Notes: generated by a model not told the origin, from the letters alone. Positions 39,371-52,196 are shown, numbered from the whole stretch's first letter. The stretch is DNA of 63,667 nt, filler included, from Octopus bimaculoides (GCF_001194135.2; 10 parts of 10 records of this genome joined end to end with filler, not necessarily neighbours in it); one strand, 5' to 3'. Made by a program: numbers and translations.

Positions 39371-39919
39371 TGAGAGAGAGAGCAGCGCGTGCCATCAAAG
39401 TGACACTGGGGTACAAATATACGAAGCCCAACATACCCATCATGACTACCCGTCTGATAAGGGTACACCAGGCACATGCATCACAACCATATATGCGCGA
39501 CTTGGTGATTTCATATCAAGGTGAACAGCGCATGACCTTGAAGATGGGGCCTAGTTGGAAATTTTCCTCAGGTCGAGTAGACCATTCTGCTCAAATGGTC
39601 CCTGAATATGGGTTGTTTAAGGATATTGAACGAAACACCCATGTTTCCAGAGGTGAAATGTCCAAACTCCAAAGAATTCCTCTCAACACATGGTTATGAT
39701 GCTCCCCCACTACTCCTGCTCGTGATCAGAGATGCATATATCATCAGCCTGTAAGAAAATGCTCAACTGGTTAAGGTGAAGCAAGTGAGAAGCTGTATTG
39801 AGCCAAATATTTGCTGTCGCCCATCTTTTACACCAAGTAAAAAATATGTACATGACAGCACTTCCAATCAGTTAAAATCAGAAGTCAGGAGTGCCACTGT
39901 CTGGCACTGCATCAGGGCA
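39371..39919 (-). mobile_element. Family F: ~550-bp non-coding interspersed repeat flanked by TAA-type repeats
   Basis: 39690-39919 is homologous to 47981-48209; both copies abut (TAA)n-like tracts. No recognisable ORF. Confidence 0.7.
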
Positions 39920-40183
39920 TTATTGCTATTGTTATTATTATGATTAATAATAATAATAATGATAACAACAACAACAACAATAATCACAGCGTCGACAAGA
40001 ACAGCAGTCACCATTACTCTAGGGAGTAACTACTTCAAACAAGATGAATGACAAGGAAATGTTTACAGAAATAGCGATAAAAACAACAACAACATTAGCA
40101 ACCATATAAACAACAACAAATACAACATAAAAAATATCTCAAAGTTGATCCCGACAATAACAAGAGTAACAACAAGAACAATG

Positions 40184-40214
<31 letters not shown>

Positions 40215-40363
40215 CGATAGCGACCAGAGCAGCTTTAGCGGTAACAATTCACAATAACAATATCAATAACAACAACATCAAAAGTAATACAAACAATAAC
40301 AACACTGATGTCAAGAATTAGAAACAATCGACTGTTTGATATCAACAACAACAACAACAACAC

Positions 40364-40501
<138 letters not shown>

Positions 40502-40786
40502 TTTTANNNNNNNNNNNNNNNNNNNNNNNNNNNNNNNNNNNNNNNNNNNNNNNNNNNNNNNNNNNNNNNNNNNNNNNNNNNNNNNNNNNNNNNNNNNNNN
40601 NNNNNNNNNNNNNNNNNNNNNNNNNNNNNNNNNNNNNNNNNNNNNNNNNNNNNNNNNNNNNNNNNNNNNNNNNNNNNNNNNNNNNNNNNNNNNNNNNNNN
40701 NNNNNNNNNNNNNNNNNNNNNNNNNNNNNNNNNNNNNNNNNNNNNNNNNNNNNNNNNNNNNNNNNNNNNNNNNNNNNNNNNNNNNN

Positions 40787-40833
<47 letters not shown>

Positions 40834-40855
40834 GTCTAGTTTTGGCAGAAAGCAT

Positions 40856-40950
40856 GAAAATTTGGGGGGGGGAAGGGCTTCTCGATTATATGAACTCCAG
40901 TGCGTAACTGGTAGTTATTTCATCGACCCCGAAAGGATGAAAGGCAGAAT
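40856..40950 (-). mobile_element. SINE family A fragment
   Basis: atcgaccccgaaaggatgaaaggca plus tail type 2. Confidence 0.75.
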
Positions 40951-41683
40951 CTGTCTGAGGCTCCTTAGTTGAACGTACACAACCACATGAGCATATGGAA
41001 GACAGAGACAAATATAAATAACAAGAAATCACACGAAATTGAGCATTAAAGTGACATGCACACCCCTTATATCAGCGCAAGATTTACCACACACACACAC
41101 AAACATTTAAAGCACACACACACAAACACACTCACGTATATAGACACACCAAATAACTCGGATATCCCCATATCACTAAGAGCTCTTACGAGCCCTGTGA
41201 ATTTGTTAGTGACTGGCTTGAATTCTAAAAGCACAAAAACTCAGAACTTAAACCTCAAAGCAAAACATATGCATATAAGTGTGTATAGGGGTATAAAACA
41301 TTACAATATAGACAAAGAATAAAGCTCATTTTACAACGACATAGGTTTCGAACCGACATAGAGAAGCAGCATATTTTCTTTATAGTAAATAATTTGGTAT
41401 GTTCTAAACAAAAAATAATAATAAAACACAACCTGGATGAAAATTGTTTCAGCACGCGAAAGAATCACCAGCACACAAGGAATCGAAAAAGTTTATATTT
41501 AATATCAAAGGATCCGATTTCATTACTGTAGCAGTAGAAGCAGACCGTACAGAAATAAAAATGCACATCAGTTACATAAATCATTACAAAATTATTATTT
41601 TTTCATTACACTTTCACAATATTATAATAATATTATCGCACTATTAATAGGTAATTACTAATGATATTTTAATGAATTATTAC

Positions 41684-41806
41684 AAGTTCTTGCTTGACTA
41701 CGGCTAAATTCTTTGAAACTTGTAATCGGTATCTGCCGAAATATATGCGTCACAGGCACTGATGGGTGCCGTTTAGAACCAGCTTCCACAAGAATGTCAG
41801 AGTGAA
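41684..41806 (-). CDS. Weak candidate exon (xHSDILVEAGSKRHPSVPVTHIFRQIPITSFKEFSRSQART)
   Basis: Strong acceptor tttttaaatttcctttctgcag, 123 nt phase 1-1, weak donor T|gtaata. Confidence 0.25.
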
Positions 41807-41848
41807 CTGCAGAAAGGAAATTTAAAAACACATAAGGCATTGTTTTTG

Positions 41849-41883
<35 letters not shown>

Positions 41884-41983
41884 NNNNNNNNNNNNNNNNN
41901 NNNNNNNNNNNNNNNNNNNNNNNNNNNTTAATTAATTAANNNNNNNNNNNNNNNNNNNNNNNNNNNNNNNNNNNNNNNNNNNN

Positions 41984-42072
41984 CCCTAACCCTAACCCTA
42001 ACCCTAACCCAAACCCTAACCCTAACCCTAGGGTTAGGGTTAGGGTTAGGGTTAGGGTTAGGATTAGGGTTA
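41984..42072. repeat. Inverted telomere-type array (CCCTAA)n-CCCTAGGG-(TTAGGG)n
   Basis: Direct reading; left end runs into an assembly spacer. Confidence 0.9.
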
Positions 42073-43228
42073 ATTGTTTCAGAATCGTTTGTTTATGTAG
42101 TCGGCACTTAATGTATATCGGCTGAATGAACGTCAGTGATTGGTTGAAATTACAGAAATACGACAACTTTAACATGGAATAAGTTATGGATTTCTTTTTT
42201 TTTTTAAGAAAACTAAGAGAAAAAGATGTTTTATATGAAACATTCTACCAGTATTCCAAGTTTCAAAGTGGTTCGTTAATGAAAAATGTGGCCCCCGTTT
42301 TAAAAAAGATCCCATTTAGATGTATTTCTGTGCATGCTTCTATTTAGGTGTGAATAATCGAAAGTCATTAGTCTAAAGCATACCCAGATTTATATAATGT
42401 TTGTACTTATTAATTAGGTCGAGTCAAGGCTAACTTTTCCTAAAACACCACGCTACATAATAGTATATCACCAGTGAGGTTTGTTTTCGGTGAGACGTAG
42501 CTGTTGCTTCTAGCACTACATTTAATTAAATAGAAAATATATCGTCAGCTCAGTAACCCTCAGTCTTGCCACTTAATACAGCTTATGATCTGTGCTACCC
42601 TTGCAATATTATCCTACAGATGAGAGTGGGAAAATAATCACAATATAAAATTAATAGCCTAAAATCACGGCGACGTGTTTTACGAAACAGGATACACACC
42701 TAGCATTAATTCGGTTACTTTTTCTAAATATTCTATATTTTACTGCGGAAAAACACATCCTGCTTCGTCACAAATAAAACCTAAGGCGCTTCTGTTAGTT
42801 TAATGAAATCAGCGAATCGATAACATTTTCGAATATTTGAAAGTCTGAACCACCCACTTCAAAATTTTTCAAAGTTTCGGTCTGCATGTTTTTTTTATTT
42901 TATAAGATTATTCAGAATTAAATTGTTTTCTGAATTCACACAATTTTTTTTTTTTTTTTTTTTTAACATATAAAGAATTTTTACTTGAATCCATATCGGA
43001 GAGTGGTACGGTATGTAAATATGGACGGCTCGTTAAGTAGTCATCCACTTAAGATATATTGCTTGAAAAAAAATTTCTTGAATGTGTTTACATATTTTCT
43101 TCGAAAATAAGCTTAAGTGTCTGACACAGACAAAATTATCTTTCTAAGTGGATTTATATACATGTGTGCATGTGTGTCTACTCATGAGTGTGTGTGTACA
43201 TGCGCATGCATGTATATATGTATGCATG

Positions 43229-43309
<81 letters not shown>

Positions 43310-43970
43310 NNNNNNNNNNNNNNNNNNNNNNNNNNNNNNNNNNNNNNNNNNNNNNNNNNNNNNNNNNNNNNNNNNNNNNNNNNNNNNNNNNNNNNNNNNN
43401 NNNNNNNNNNNNNNNNNNNNNNNNNNNNNNNNNNNNNNNNNNNNNNNNNNNNNNNNNNNNNNNNNNNNNNNNNNNNNNNNNNNNNNNNNNNNNNNNNNNN
43501 NNNNNNNNNNNNNNNNNNNNNNNNNNNNNNNNNNNNNNNNNNNNNNNNNNNNNNNNNNNNNNNNNNNNNNNNNNNNNNNNNNNNNNNNNNNNNNNNNNNN
43601 NNNNNNNNNNNNNNNNNNNNNNNNNNNNNNNNNNNNNNNNNNNNNNNNNNNNNNNNNNNNNNNNNNNNNNNNNNNNNNNNNNNNNNNNNNNNNNNNNNNN
43701 NNNNNNNNNNNNNNNNNNNNNNNNNNNNNNNNNNNNNNNNNNNNNNNNNNNNNNNNNNNNNNNNNNNNNNNNNNNNNNNNNNNNNNNNNNNNNNNNNNNN
43801 NNNNNNNNNNNNNNNNNNNNNNNNNNNNNNNNNNNNNNNNNNNNNNNNNNNNNNNNNNNNNNNNNNNNNNNNNNNNNNNNNNNNNNNNNNNNNNNNNNNN
43901 NNNNNNNNNNNNNNNNNNNNNNNNNNNNNNNNNNNNNNNNNNNNNNNNNNNNNNNNNNNNNNNNNNNNNN

Positions 43971-44008
<38 letters not shown>

Positions 44009-44394
44009 GAAGGGAGTGACAACGTAAACCGCCAGTACGAGGTTTTAGGCAAATTGCGATTGTCGAGATAAGATTAAGCAACTGTGAATGCTAGAATCAT
44101 TGTATATATCAGAAACAAACTCCTGCTCTGAATTTCAAGCATCGTTTAACACCTGGACTACAGGGATTCTTTGTATTTGTAGTGGTTCTTTCGATATTTG
44201 TATGGAAAATAAATGTTTATTCGACGATGCCTCGCAGCAGATGCATTGAGACTTTTAATGATGGTATATATATCTGTGTGTAAGAGCGTGTGTGTCCATA
44301 TGGGTATGTTATTTCTAGAATATCGATCAAGCTTATGTGAATAATATTTGTTAATATTAATAGCGATACCTATAAAAACATAAGAACGGTATCG

Positions 44395-44464
<70 letters not shown>

Positions 44465-44580
44465 GAAGAAGAAGAAGAAGAAGAAGAAGANNNNNNNNNN
44501 GAAGAAGAAGAAGAAGAAGAAGAAGAAGAAGAAGAAGAAGAAGAAGAAGAAGGAGAAGAAGAAGAAGAAAAAAAGAAGAA
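44395..44580. repeat. Compound (AAT)n(AAG)n microsatellite
   Basis: Direct reading. Confidence 0.95.
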
Positions 44581-44582
44581 GG

Positions 44583-45163
44583 GAGCTTACCTACCAGAAA
44601 CTACCATGTAGACGTAATTAATTATGGATCTGACCAAACATGCAGAATTTGCGGAAAATTCACAGAGAAAATTGATCGCGTTCATTCTGGCTGCCCAGTC
44701 CTCATTGAAAAGGAGTACACCATAAGACATGACAGACTAGGGCAGTACATCCATTGGAATGCTTGTAAATACTACAAAAGTCAATCCCATGGTAAGTGGT
44801 ACAGGAACCATCCAAAGGATATATCAAATTGCGAAGGCATCAACATCCTTTGGAACTTCCTAATACAGACTGAAAAATTGACTCCTATAAAGATTTGCAA
44901 ATTGAGATCACAAAACTGTGAAGGCTTAGTACTACGATAATACCAGTAGTAATTGGTGCGTTGGGAATGATAAAGAAGAGAGCTGAGAAGTATATTAAGC
45001 AACTCCCTGGTAATTCCAATCTTCGTGAACTACAAAGGATAATCTTGATGAATACATCCCATATATTACGGAAAGCATTTTCCATCTAAAATGGAATAAA
45101 TATGGTGATAATTTTAGCATACATAGCAAAACAAAAGTGCCCTTAATGAAAGGAAACCATAAT
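44583..45163 (+). mobile_element. Dong/R4-type non-LTR retrotransposon 3' fragment
   Basis: LPTRNYHVDVINYGSDQTCRICGKFTEKIDRVHSGCPVL...RHDRLGQYIHW (zinc knuckle), internal deletion, then YKDLQIEITKL*RLSTTIIPVVIGALGMIKK...HILRKAFSI*; ends in (TAA)n. Confidence 0.85.
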
Positions 45164-45179
45164 TAATAATAATAATAAC

Positions 45180-45225
<46 letters not shown>

Positions 45226-45227
<2 letters not shown>

Positions 45228-45337
45228 TGCCCGAATACTCCGGAAGGAGCTCGAGAAATAAGAGGTGTTACCTTAGTTCACTGGTAGTGAACAGCTGACA
45301 CCGCAGTACATCTTCAGCGTTAGAAGCTGTGCAAAGC
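45226..45337 (+). mobile_element. Extremely 5'-truncated Dong/R4-type insertion inside (TAA)n
   Basis: TARILRKELEK* plus 3' UTR; homologous to 59362-59480; (TAA)n on both sides. Confidence 0.75.
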
Positions 45338-45435
<98 letters not shown>

Positions 45436-45446
45436 TTATTATTATT

Positions 45447-45488
<42 letters not shown>

Positions 45489-45884
45489 ATAGTAGTAGTG
45501 ATGGTGGTTTCTGGACAATTTTCAGCGGTCCATAAGTCGTAGACAACTCAATGGCACGTTAGGCTCTATGTGCCGATATAGTTTTACCTTTCTGCTTTTA
45601 GATGCATCGGTAGTAAAATCATGTCAAATTCAAATTTACCACTGATTTAAGAAAAATTCGATCCACCAACATCAGAGTGACCTAGATGACCAGTTTCTGG
45701 AAAGTGCAGGATTTTTTATATTCAGTGACGGAAGAAAGTCTTGGATACGTCTGAATATGATGTGCCATATTTGGAATCTGACCTTAGATATCGCCAACAA
45801 CAACACATCTTGACTGGTGAAGAACATCAATAAATATTTCAATAAAAGTGGTTGCAGAGTTCTGATTTGAAATCCTTAGAATAT

Positions 45885-46257
45885 GTTTTTGGCACTCCGT
45901 TCGCTTACGGCGTCGAGGTTTCCAGTTGATCCGATAAACGGAACAGCCTGCTTGTGAAATTAACGTGCAAGTGGCTAAGCACTCCACAGACACGCGTACC
46001 CTTAACGTAGTTCTCGGGGATATTCAGCGTGACACAGTGTCACAAGGCTGATCCTTTGAATTACAGGCACAACAGAAACAGGATGTAAGAGTGAGAGAAA
46101 GAGTACAGCAGGGTTCACCACCATCCCCTGCCGGAGCCTCGTGGTGCTTTAGGTGTTTTCGCTCAATAAACACTCACAATGCCTGGTCTGAGAATCGAAA
46201 CCGCGATCCTATGACCACGAATCCACTGCCCTAACCAGTGGGCCTTTGCGCCTCCAC
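45885..46257 (-). mobile_element. SINE family D with 11-bp target-site duplication
   Basis: ccttagaatat at 45874-45884 and 46258-46268. Confidence 0.9.
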
Positions 46258-47185
46258 CCTTAGAATATAGTATCTGCTGAACACTACACTTTGAACCTCA
46301 GACTAACACGTTAGCACGGTGTTCAACATTTCTGTGGACAACTAAGGGTGGAATACATTCATTCTCTTAGCTTAACCATATTGATAATTGGGTTTGAGTT
46401 TTATTGAATGATTTATTTACTCGTATTTCTTATTAGCGAAACGTAGGTTTCCTTTCATCTGCTCTGTACTCACATTTATCCGAGAATTTTGTTTTTGTTC
46501 CAGTTTAACTTCGTATCAGAATGAGTGACTAATATAGTTGAGGTTAAGAAATGCATCCGGGTATATAACGCTACCTTACATAATGTGTCCAAACAATGAC
46601 ACTATAAAAAAAAATGTAGTAATTTAACAGTGGTAAGGATCATAATATGGGCTGTGAGGAACATATAAATAACAGCGCTCAACAACAACCTTTATGTTTC
46701 TGCGTTATGTGTATGTATACTACTTGTATACATATATTTATACACAGGTATTTTTCAATATACACGCACATGGGCTCACACGCACACACATAAGCATATA
46801 TACACATCGTCAAACACACAGTAACATGTTTTTTATTTATCTAACTGTATGTATATATATGTATATACATATATATATATATATATATATANNNNNNNNN
46901 NNNNNNNNNNNNNNNNNNNNNNNNNNNNNNNNNNNTTAATTAATTAANNNNNNNNNNNNNNNNNNNNNNNNNNNNNNNNNNNNNNNNNNNNTCTTCAGAT
47001 TGTATATCTGATTCAGAAGTTCAGCTTCGTCAAATTCTGCCACGGTGATTTCGATTGAGAATTGCATTAAGGTTTACATATGTCTGTGGAATACTCAGCC
47101 ACATAATGTTAATTTGGAACGGGTAATTCAGCTGGACAAACAACTGAATGTACATCATTGAAAATAATAATAGTAATAATAATAA

Positions 47186-47345
47186 TAACACCAGGACTTA
47201 CAAATATATATATAACATACAGAAAATTGCACTACTGGGCACTGCACACATCCTACGCAAAACACTTTCAATACAGTAACCATAAGAGCATCACAGCAAA
47301 CCACAGCACATACCCAAGGCACACAGAGCTGCGCTCGGTAGCGAA
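47186..47345 (+). mobile_element. Dong/R4-type 3' end, subfamily a
   Basis: PGLTNIY..QKIALLGTAHILRKTLSIQ* plus UTR; also at 52784 and 59606; preceded by (TAA)n. Confidence 0.8.
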
Positions 47346-47869
47346 AGTGCTACATTGGAAAGTTTGCGAAAAGTGGGGGCAAGAGAGAGGCAAGACGTGG
47401 TATGAGCACAAACCGCACAGAGTGGCGGAGTAGGAGACTAGCAAAATCCCCTCGGATTTCCTAATCCAAACAAATCAGGTGCTAGAGCATAACAGACCGG
47501 ACCTAGTGGTGATGGACAAGGTGCACCACATATGCTGTATAGGTGATGTTGCATGCCCCTTTGACCCACGGATAGCCAAAAGGAAGGCAAAAAGATAGAT
47601 AAATGCAACCCTCTTAAGTACGAAATAGCCCGGCAATGGAAAATGAAGGTGAAGATAGTGCCAACTATTCTTGGGTCATTGGGAACAGTATCAGGGGGTA
47701 TCAAGAGGAGTATCAAAGAAACTGGAATAGAGTGCCCAGTAGAACTGTTACAAAAGGTTTGCCTCCTTGACACAGCCAGAATAAGCGGGAAAGTATTAAA
47801 TAGCTGAAAAGAATGGAAAACATACAAGACTCCAGGAGCTCCAACGAAACCTGAGATAAAGAGATGATG

Positions 47870-47871
<2 letters not shown>
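47340..47871 (+). mobile_element. Dong/R4-type RLE domain fragment, second subfamily
   Basis: KVLHWKVCEKWG...WYEHKP...DFLIQTNQVLEHNRPDLVVMDK...IGDVACPFD (PD...D nuclease motif)...KIVPTILGSLGTV; ends in (TAA)n. Confidence 0.85.
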
Positions 47872-47900
<29 letters not shown>

Positions 47901-47901
<1 letters not shown>

Positions 47902-47981
47902 CCTTTCTACTTTAGGCACAAAGCCTGAAATTTTGGGGGGGAGGAGACCAGTCGATGGCATCAACTCCAGTACCCAACTGG
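47901..47981 (-). mobile_element. SINE family A tail fragment
   Basis: Tail type 2, fused directly to the family F copy. Confidence 0.7.
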
Positions 47982-48209
47982 CTATGATGCTCCCCCACTA
48001 CATCTGTTTGTGATCAGAGATGCACATATCGTCAGCCACCAAGGGACATGCTCAACTGGTTAAGGTCAAACAACTGACAAGCAAATCTGTGGTAGTGAAC
48101 AGAATCTTTACTGTAGCCCATCTTTTATACCAAGACAAAACAATGAACATGATAACACTTCCAATCAGTTAAGCCATGAGAGCCACTGCCCGGTACTGCA
48201 TTAGGGCAC
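47981..48209 (-). mobile_element. Family F, partial copy
   Basis: Homologous to 39690-39919; abuts (TTA)n. Confidence 0.75.
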
Positions 48210-48241
<32 letters not shown>

Positions 48242-48244
48242 GAG

Positions 48245-48530
48245 ACAGTGTGCTAGCAGATCCGTTAGCTCGCTGGACAAAATGCTTACCGATATTTCGT
48301 CTGCTTTTGCGTTCTGAATTCAAATTCTGCCGAGATCGATAAAATAAGATCGCCCTTAAAATTTCAGGCGTTGTGCCTATTTTAGAAAGGGTTATTATTT
48401 TTATCATTATTATGACAGCGAGCAGGCAGAAACGTTAGCACGCCGGGCAAAATATTTAGCTGCATTTCATCCGGCTTCATGTTCTGAGTTCAAATTCCGC
48501 CAAAGCCGAATTCGAATTTTCAGGCCTAAT
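48245..48530 (+). mobile_element. Two tandem SINE family A fragments
   Basis: Heads at about 48245 and 48413, each with an internal deletion. Confidence 0.75.
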
Positions 48531-48806
48531 ACCGAAAAGCAAAAAGACTCATTACAAAATCATATTTGATAAAACAAAGGTAATTGTAATAGTGCGTGTG
48601 TCTTTTGAAGTCTACAGTGATTCTACCACGATGTAATACCTCAATTCCTAGCACACAATCTTAGATGTAATCAGTTGCAAAAACATACGCTATACTAAAT
48701 GAGGACACACAACACACACATACATATATATAAGTATGTATATACCAAGAAGGCATACCATTACATAACCACACACGTATGCACATTACATACACGAATG
48801 CAAGTA

Positions 48807-48857
<51 letters not shown>

Positions 48858-48935
48858 ATATATATATCTATATATCATAGTAAGACATATTTTTGCATAA
48901 CCGCACACATACAGACGAATATGCACACACTCACT

Positions 48936-48968
<33 letters not shown>

Positions 48969-50107
48969 TCATACATACACACACACCCTCACGCACGCAT
49001 GTACTGCATAACTGTCGCATACACAGCCACCGCACGCATTCATTCACATGCGGCAATCACACGGACGGCTTAAATATCAAACGTTGACAATGTCTACCCA
49101 AAGATTTAACTAAACAAAAAAAAACAACAACAACAACGTAACAGTTCAAAACAAAAAAAAAATACTGAAGAAAATAAGATACAAAAAATTCAAAAGTAAT
49201 TGAAAATAAATAATAAAGAAAAAAGAAGCACTTCAAAATGAAAATAAAAAAAAAGAGAGAGCGAAAGACGAAACAAACGCAATCCAAATACAATAATACA
49301 ATTGCAGTCTTGTGGAAAATGCTGACATAAAATCTCTCTGTTGTCTACAAAATTCCTTCGACCAAATTTGCCAAGATATATTACAAAAGAATAAACCAGA
49401 ATCAAATCCACGCAGTACACAGCACATCAGGTGATCAAGCGATCAGCTGCACACTACAGAACTAGTCTAAAAGATTACCTGCCAGGCCGTATTTTCGGCA
49501 ATCTGTTCCAGTCTCTCTGGTGCCTCTCTAGCATTATATGAAACACAGCTGAGAAATGATTCTTTCTTTTATATATATATTTTTTTTCCTATGTTGATGA
49601 GGTTTTCTTTTTATTGTTTGTTTCTTTATCATTTTTTTTCTGTATTTTCTTTTCATTTTCTTTTTTGTTTTTTCTTTTTCGTTTGACTTTGTTTTGTTTT
49701 CATACGTTTTTGTAGCATTGCTATTTATTTATTTACTTACTTTATTTTATTTTGTATCATTTTTTTTAATGTTTTGGTGGGTAGGTTGGAGGTAAGGACT
49801 CTGTGTTTGTGTGTGTCTGTATGTGTGTGTGTGTGTGTGACTGTAGTGGTGGTGGTGGTGCGGTTGGTAGGTGACGGGACCGGGGACGGGGAGGAGTCAG
49901 AAGTTTGTTACTAATATCTGTTTATTTTCCACTTGAAAAACATCGTCAAAAGCCATCTACATAACGCGGGCGCGCGCATGTGTTTATGTGTGTGGCGTGT
50001 ATATATACATATATATACATACAGACACACACACACACACATATATATACACACATATGCATACAAACAATTTATACATATATATATATATACTGGCATA
50101 TATATGC

Positions 50108-50139
<32 letters not shown>

Positions 50140-50714
50140 GTATGTATATATATATANNNNNNNNNNNNNNNNNNNNNNNNNNNNNNNNNNNNNNNNNNNN
50201 TTAATTAATTAANNNNNNNNNNNNNNNNNNNNNNNNNNNNNNNNNNNNNNNNNNNNTATATATATATATATATATATATATACATTTATATATATATACA
50301 TATATGCACATTTATGTATGTAAGTATGTATGCTTGATGTTTGAAGCCAATCAAATTCTCAATATATATTCATGAAAAACAAGCTCTATTATTAATATCT
50401 CAAAAAAAAACAAACAAACATATTTAAAATACAAACTAAGTAATTTGTTTTGTTTAGCTTTCACTGAATTCTCTAAAATAAGAAAAATTTTAATTTAGAA
50501 ATATAATTCTTAGCACAACTCAAATTTAAAATAGCAGTTCGATGTCTTTTCCACCCTACCTCCTCTTAATCTGATGTTTATATAATATTTATTAATTAAT
50601 ATTCAAATTTTAAAGTTTAATTAAAAAAGAATCATAAAATTAATTTTTAAGGAATTTAATTAAGTATCTTAGTTACACTTAAAATGGTATTGCTATTTAC
50701 AGACAATAATAATA

Positions 50715-50749
<35 letters not shown>

Positions 50750-51489
50750 AATAATAATAACCATGGTTATTGTTCTTGTTATTGCTAAGTTTATNNNNNN
50801 NNNNNNNNNNNNNNNNNNNNNNNNNNNNNNNNNNNNNNNNNNNNNNNNNNNNNNNNNNNNNNNNNNNNNNNNNNNNNNNNNNNNNNNNNNNNNNNNNNNN
50901 NNNNNNNNNNNNNNNNNNNNNNNNNNNNNNNNNNNNNNNNNNNNNNNNNNNNNNNNNNNNNNNNNNNNNNNNNNNNNNNNNNNNNNNNNNNNNNNNNNNN
51001 NNNNNNNNNNNNNNNNNNNNNNNNNNNNNNNNNNNNNNNNNNNNNNNNNNNNNNNNNNNNNNNNNNNNNNNNNNNNNNNNNNNNNNNNNNNNNNNNNNNN
51101 NNNNNNNNNNNNNNNNNNNNNNNNNNNNNNNNNNNNNNNNNNNNNNNNNNNNNNNNNNNNNNNNNNNNNNNNNNNNNNNNNNNNNNNNNNNNNNNNNNNN
51201 NNNNNNNNNNNNNNNNNNNNNNNNNNNNNNNNNNNNNNNNNNNNNNNNNNNNNNNNNNNNNNNNNNNNNNNNNNNNNNNNNNNNNNNNNNNNNNNNNNNN
51301 NNNNNNNNNNNNNNNNNNNNNNNNNNNNNNNNNNNNNNNNNNNNNNNNNNNNNNNNNNNNNTAATAATAATAATAATAATAATAATAATGATAATAATAA
51401 TGATTCATGTATTGTCCTGTTTTTGTCTTTTATGTTGTTGGATATCATTTAATATTATTTCATGTGAACCCTCATGGCCAATAAAAGAA

Positions 51490-51532
<43 letters not shown>

Positions 51533-51557
51533 CGATAATGACAATAATCATTATAAT

Positions 51558-51766
51558 AATCCTTACTACTATAGACACAAGGCCTCAAATTTTTCTTGGG
51601 ACTAGTTGATTGCATTGGCACCAGTATTTCACTTAATTTATCAACCCTGAAAGGATGAACGGCAAAGTCGACCTTGGCGGAATTTGAACTCAGAACGTAG
51701 TGACAGGCGAAATACTGCTAAGCATTTTGCCTGGCATCACTGTCAATTCTTCCAGCTTGCTGCCCT
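51558..51766 (-). mobile_element. SINE family A within AAT-rich repeats
   Basis: Family A head, domain and tail type 2. Confidence 0.8.
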
Positions 51767-52091
51767 TTCAATAATAATAATAATAATAATGATAATAATA
51801 ATAATGATAATAAAAATGATAATGGCAATAATCATTATATTTATAATAATAATAGTAATTGAGATTCCAAGAATATTGTTCCAATAAAGCTGTTCTGTTG
51901 CATATATTGGTACACACCTGAGCATTCAATACTGAAAGCACTGTGATGAATATATATATATACTGTCACTCTAATACAGCTATCTGGTGTGTACGTTTTG
52001 AAGACTAAGTACTCAATACTAGTGGCATGGTGACACATTTGGCACATTATCAAAGCTTTACTCATACATGTAGTTTTTGTGCCCATCTCAC

Positions 52092-52196
52092 CTTCAATTC
52101 GTACATCTCCTGTTTCTCTCGTACGAGAATATCGCGCAGCTCTTGCCTAAATTCTTCCTCAATGTCATCGTCTAGTTCTTTGTATTTGTAAGTCTC
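52092..52196 (-). CDS. Internal exon of an unidentified gene: ETYKYKELDDDIEEEFRQELRDILVREKQEMYELK (charged, helical/coiled-coil-like)
   Basis: Perfect branch point TACTAAC followed by atcttactcaccag, donor AAG|gtgaga, 105 nt phase 0-0, protein-like composition. Confidence 0.65.

Noticed and set aside
42026-42033. Chromosome end-to-end fusion scar
   Set aside because: Repeat polarity (CCCTAA then TTAGGG) is opposite to that produced by telomere fusion.
49479-49548. 70-nt minus-strand segment between ag and gtaatc
   Set aside because: Short pyrimidine tract, and the phase-0 frame needed to follow the 52092 exon contains a stop.
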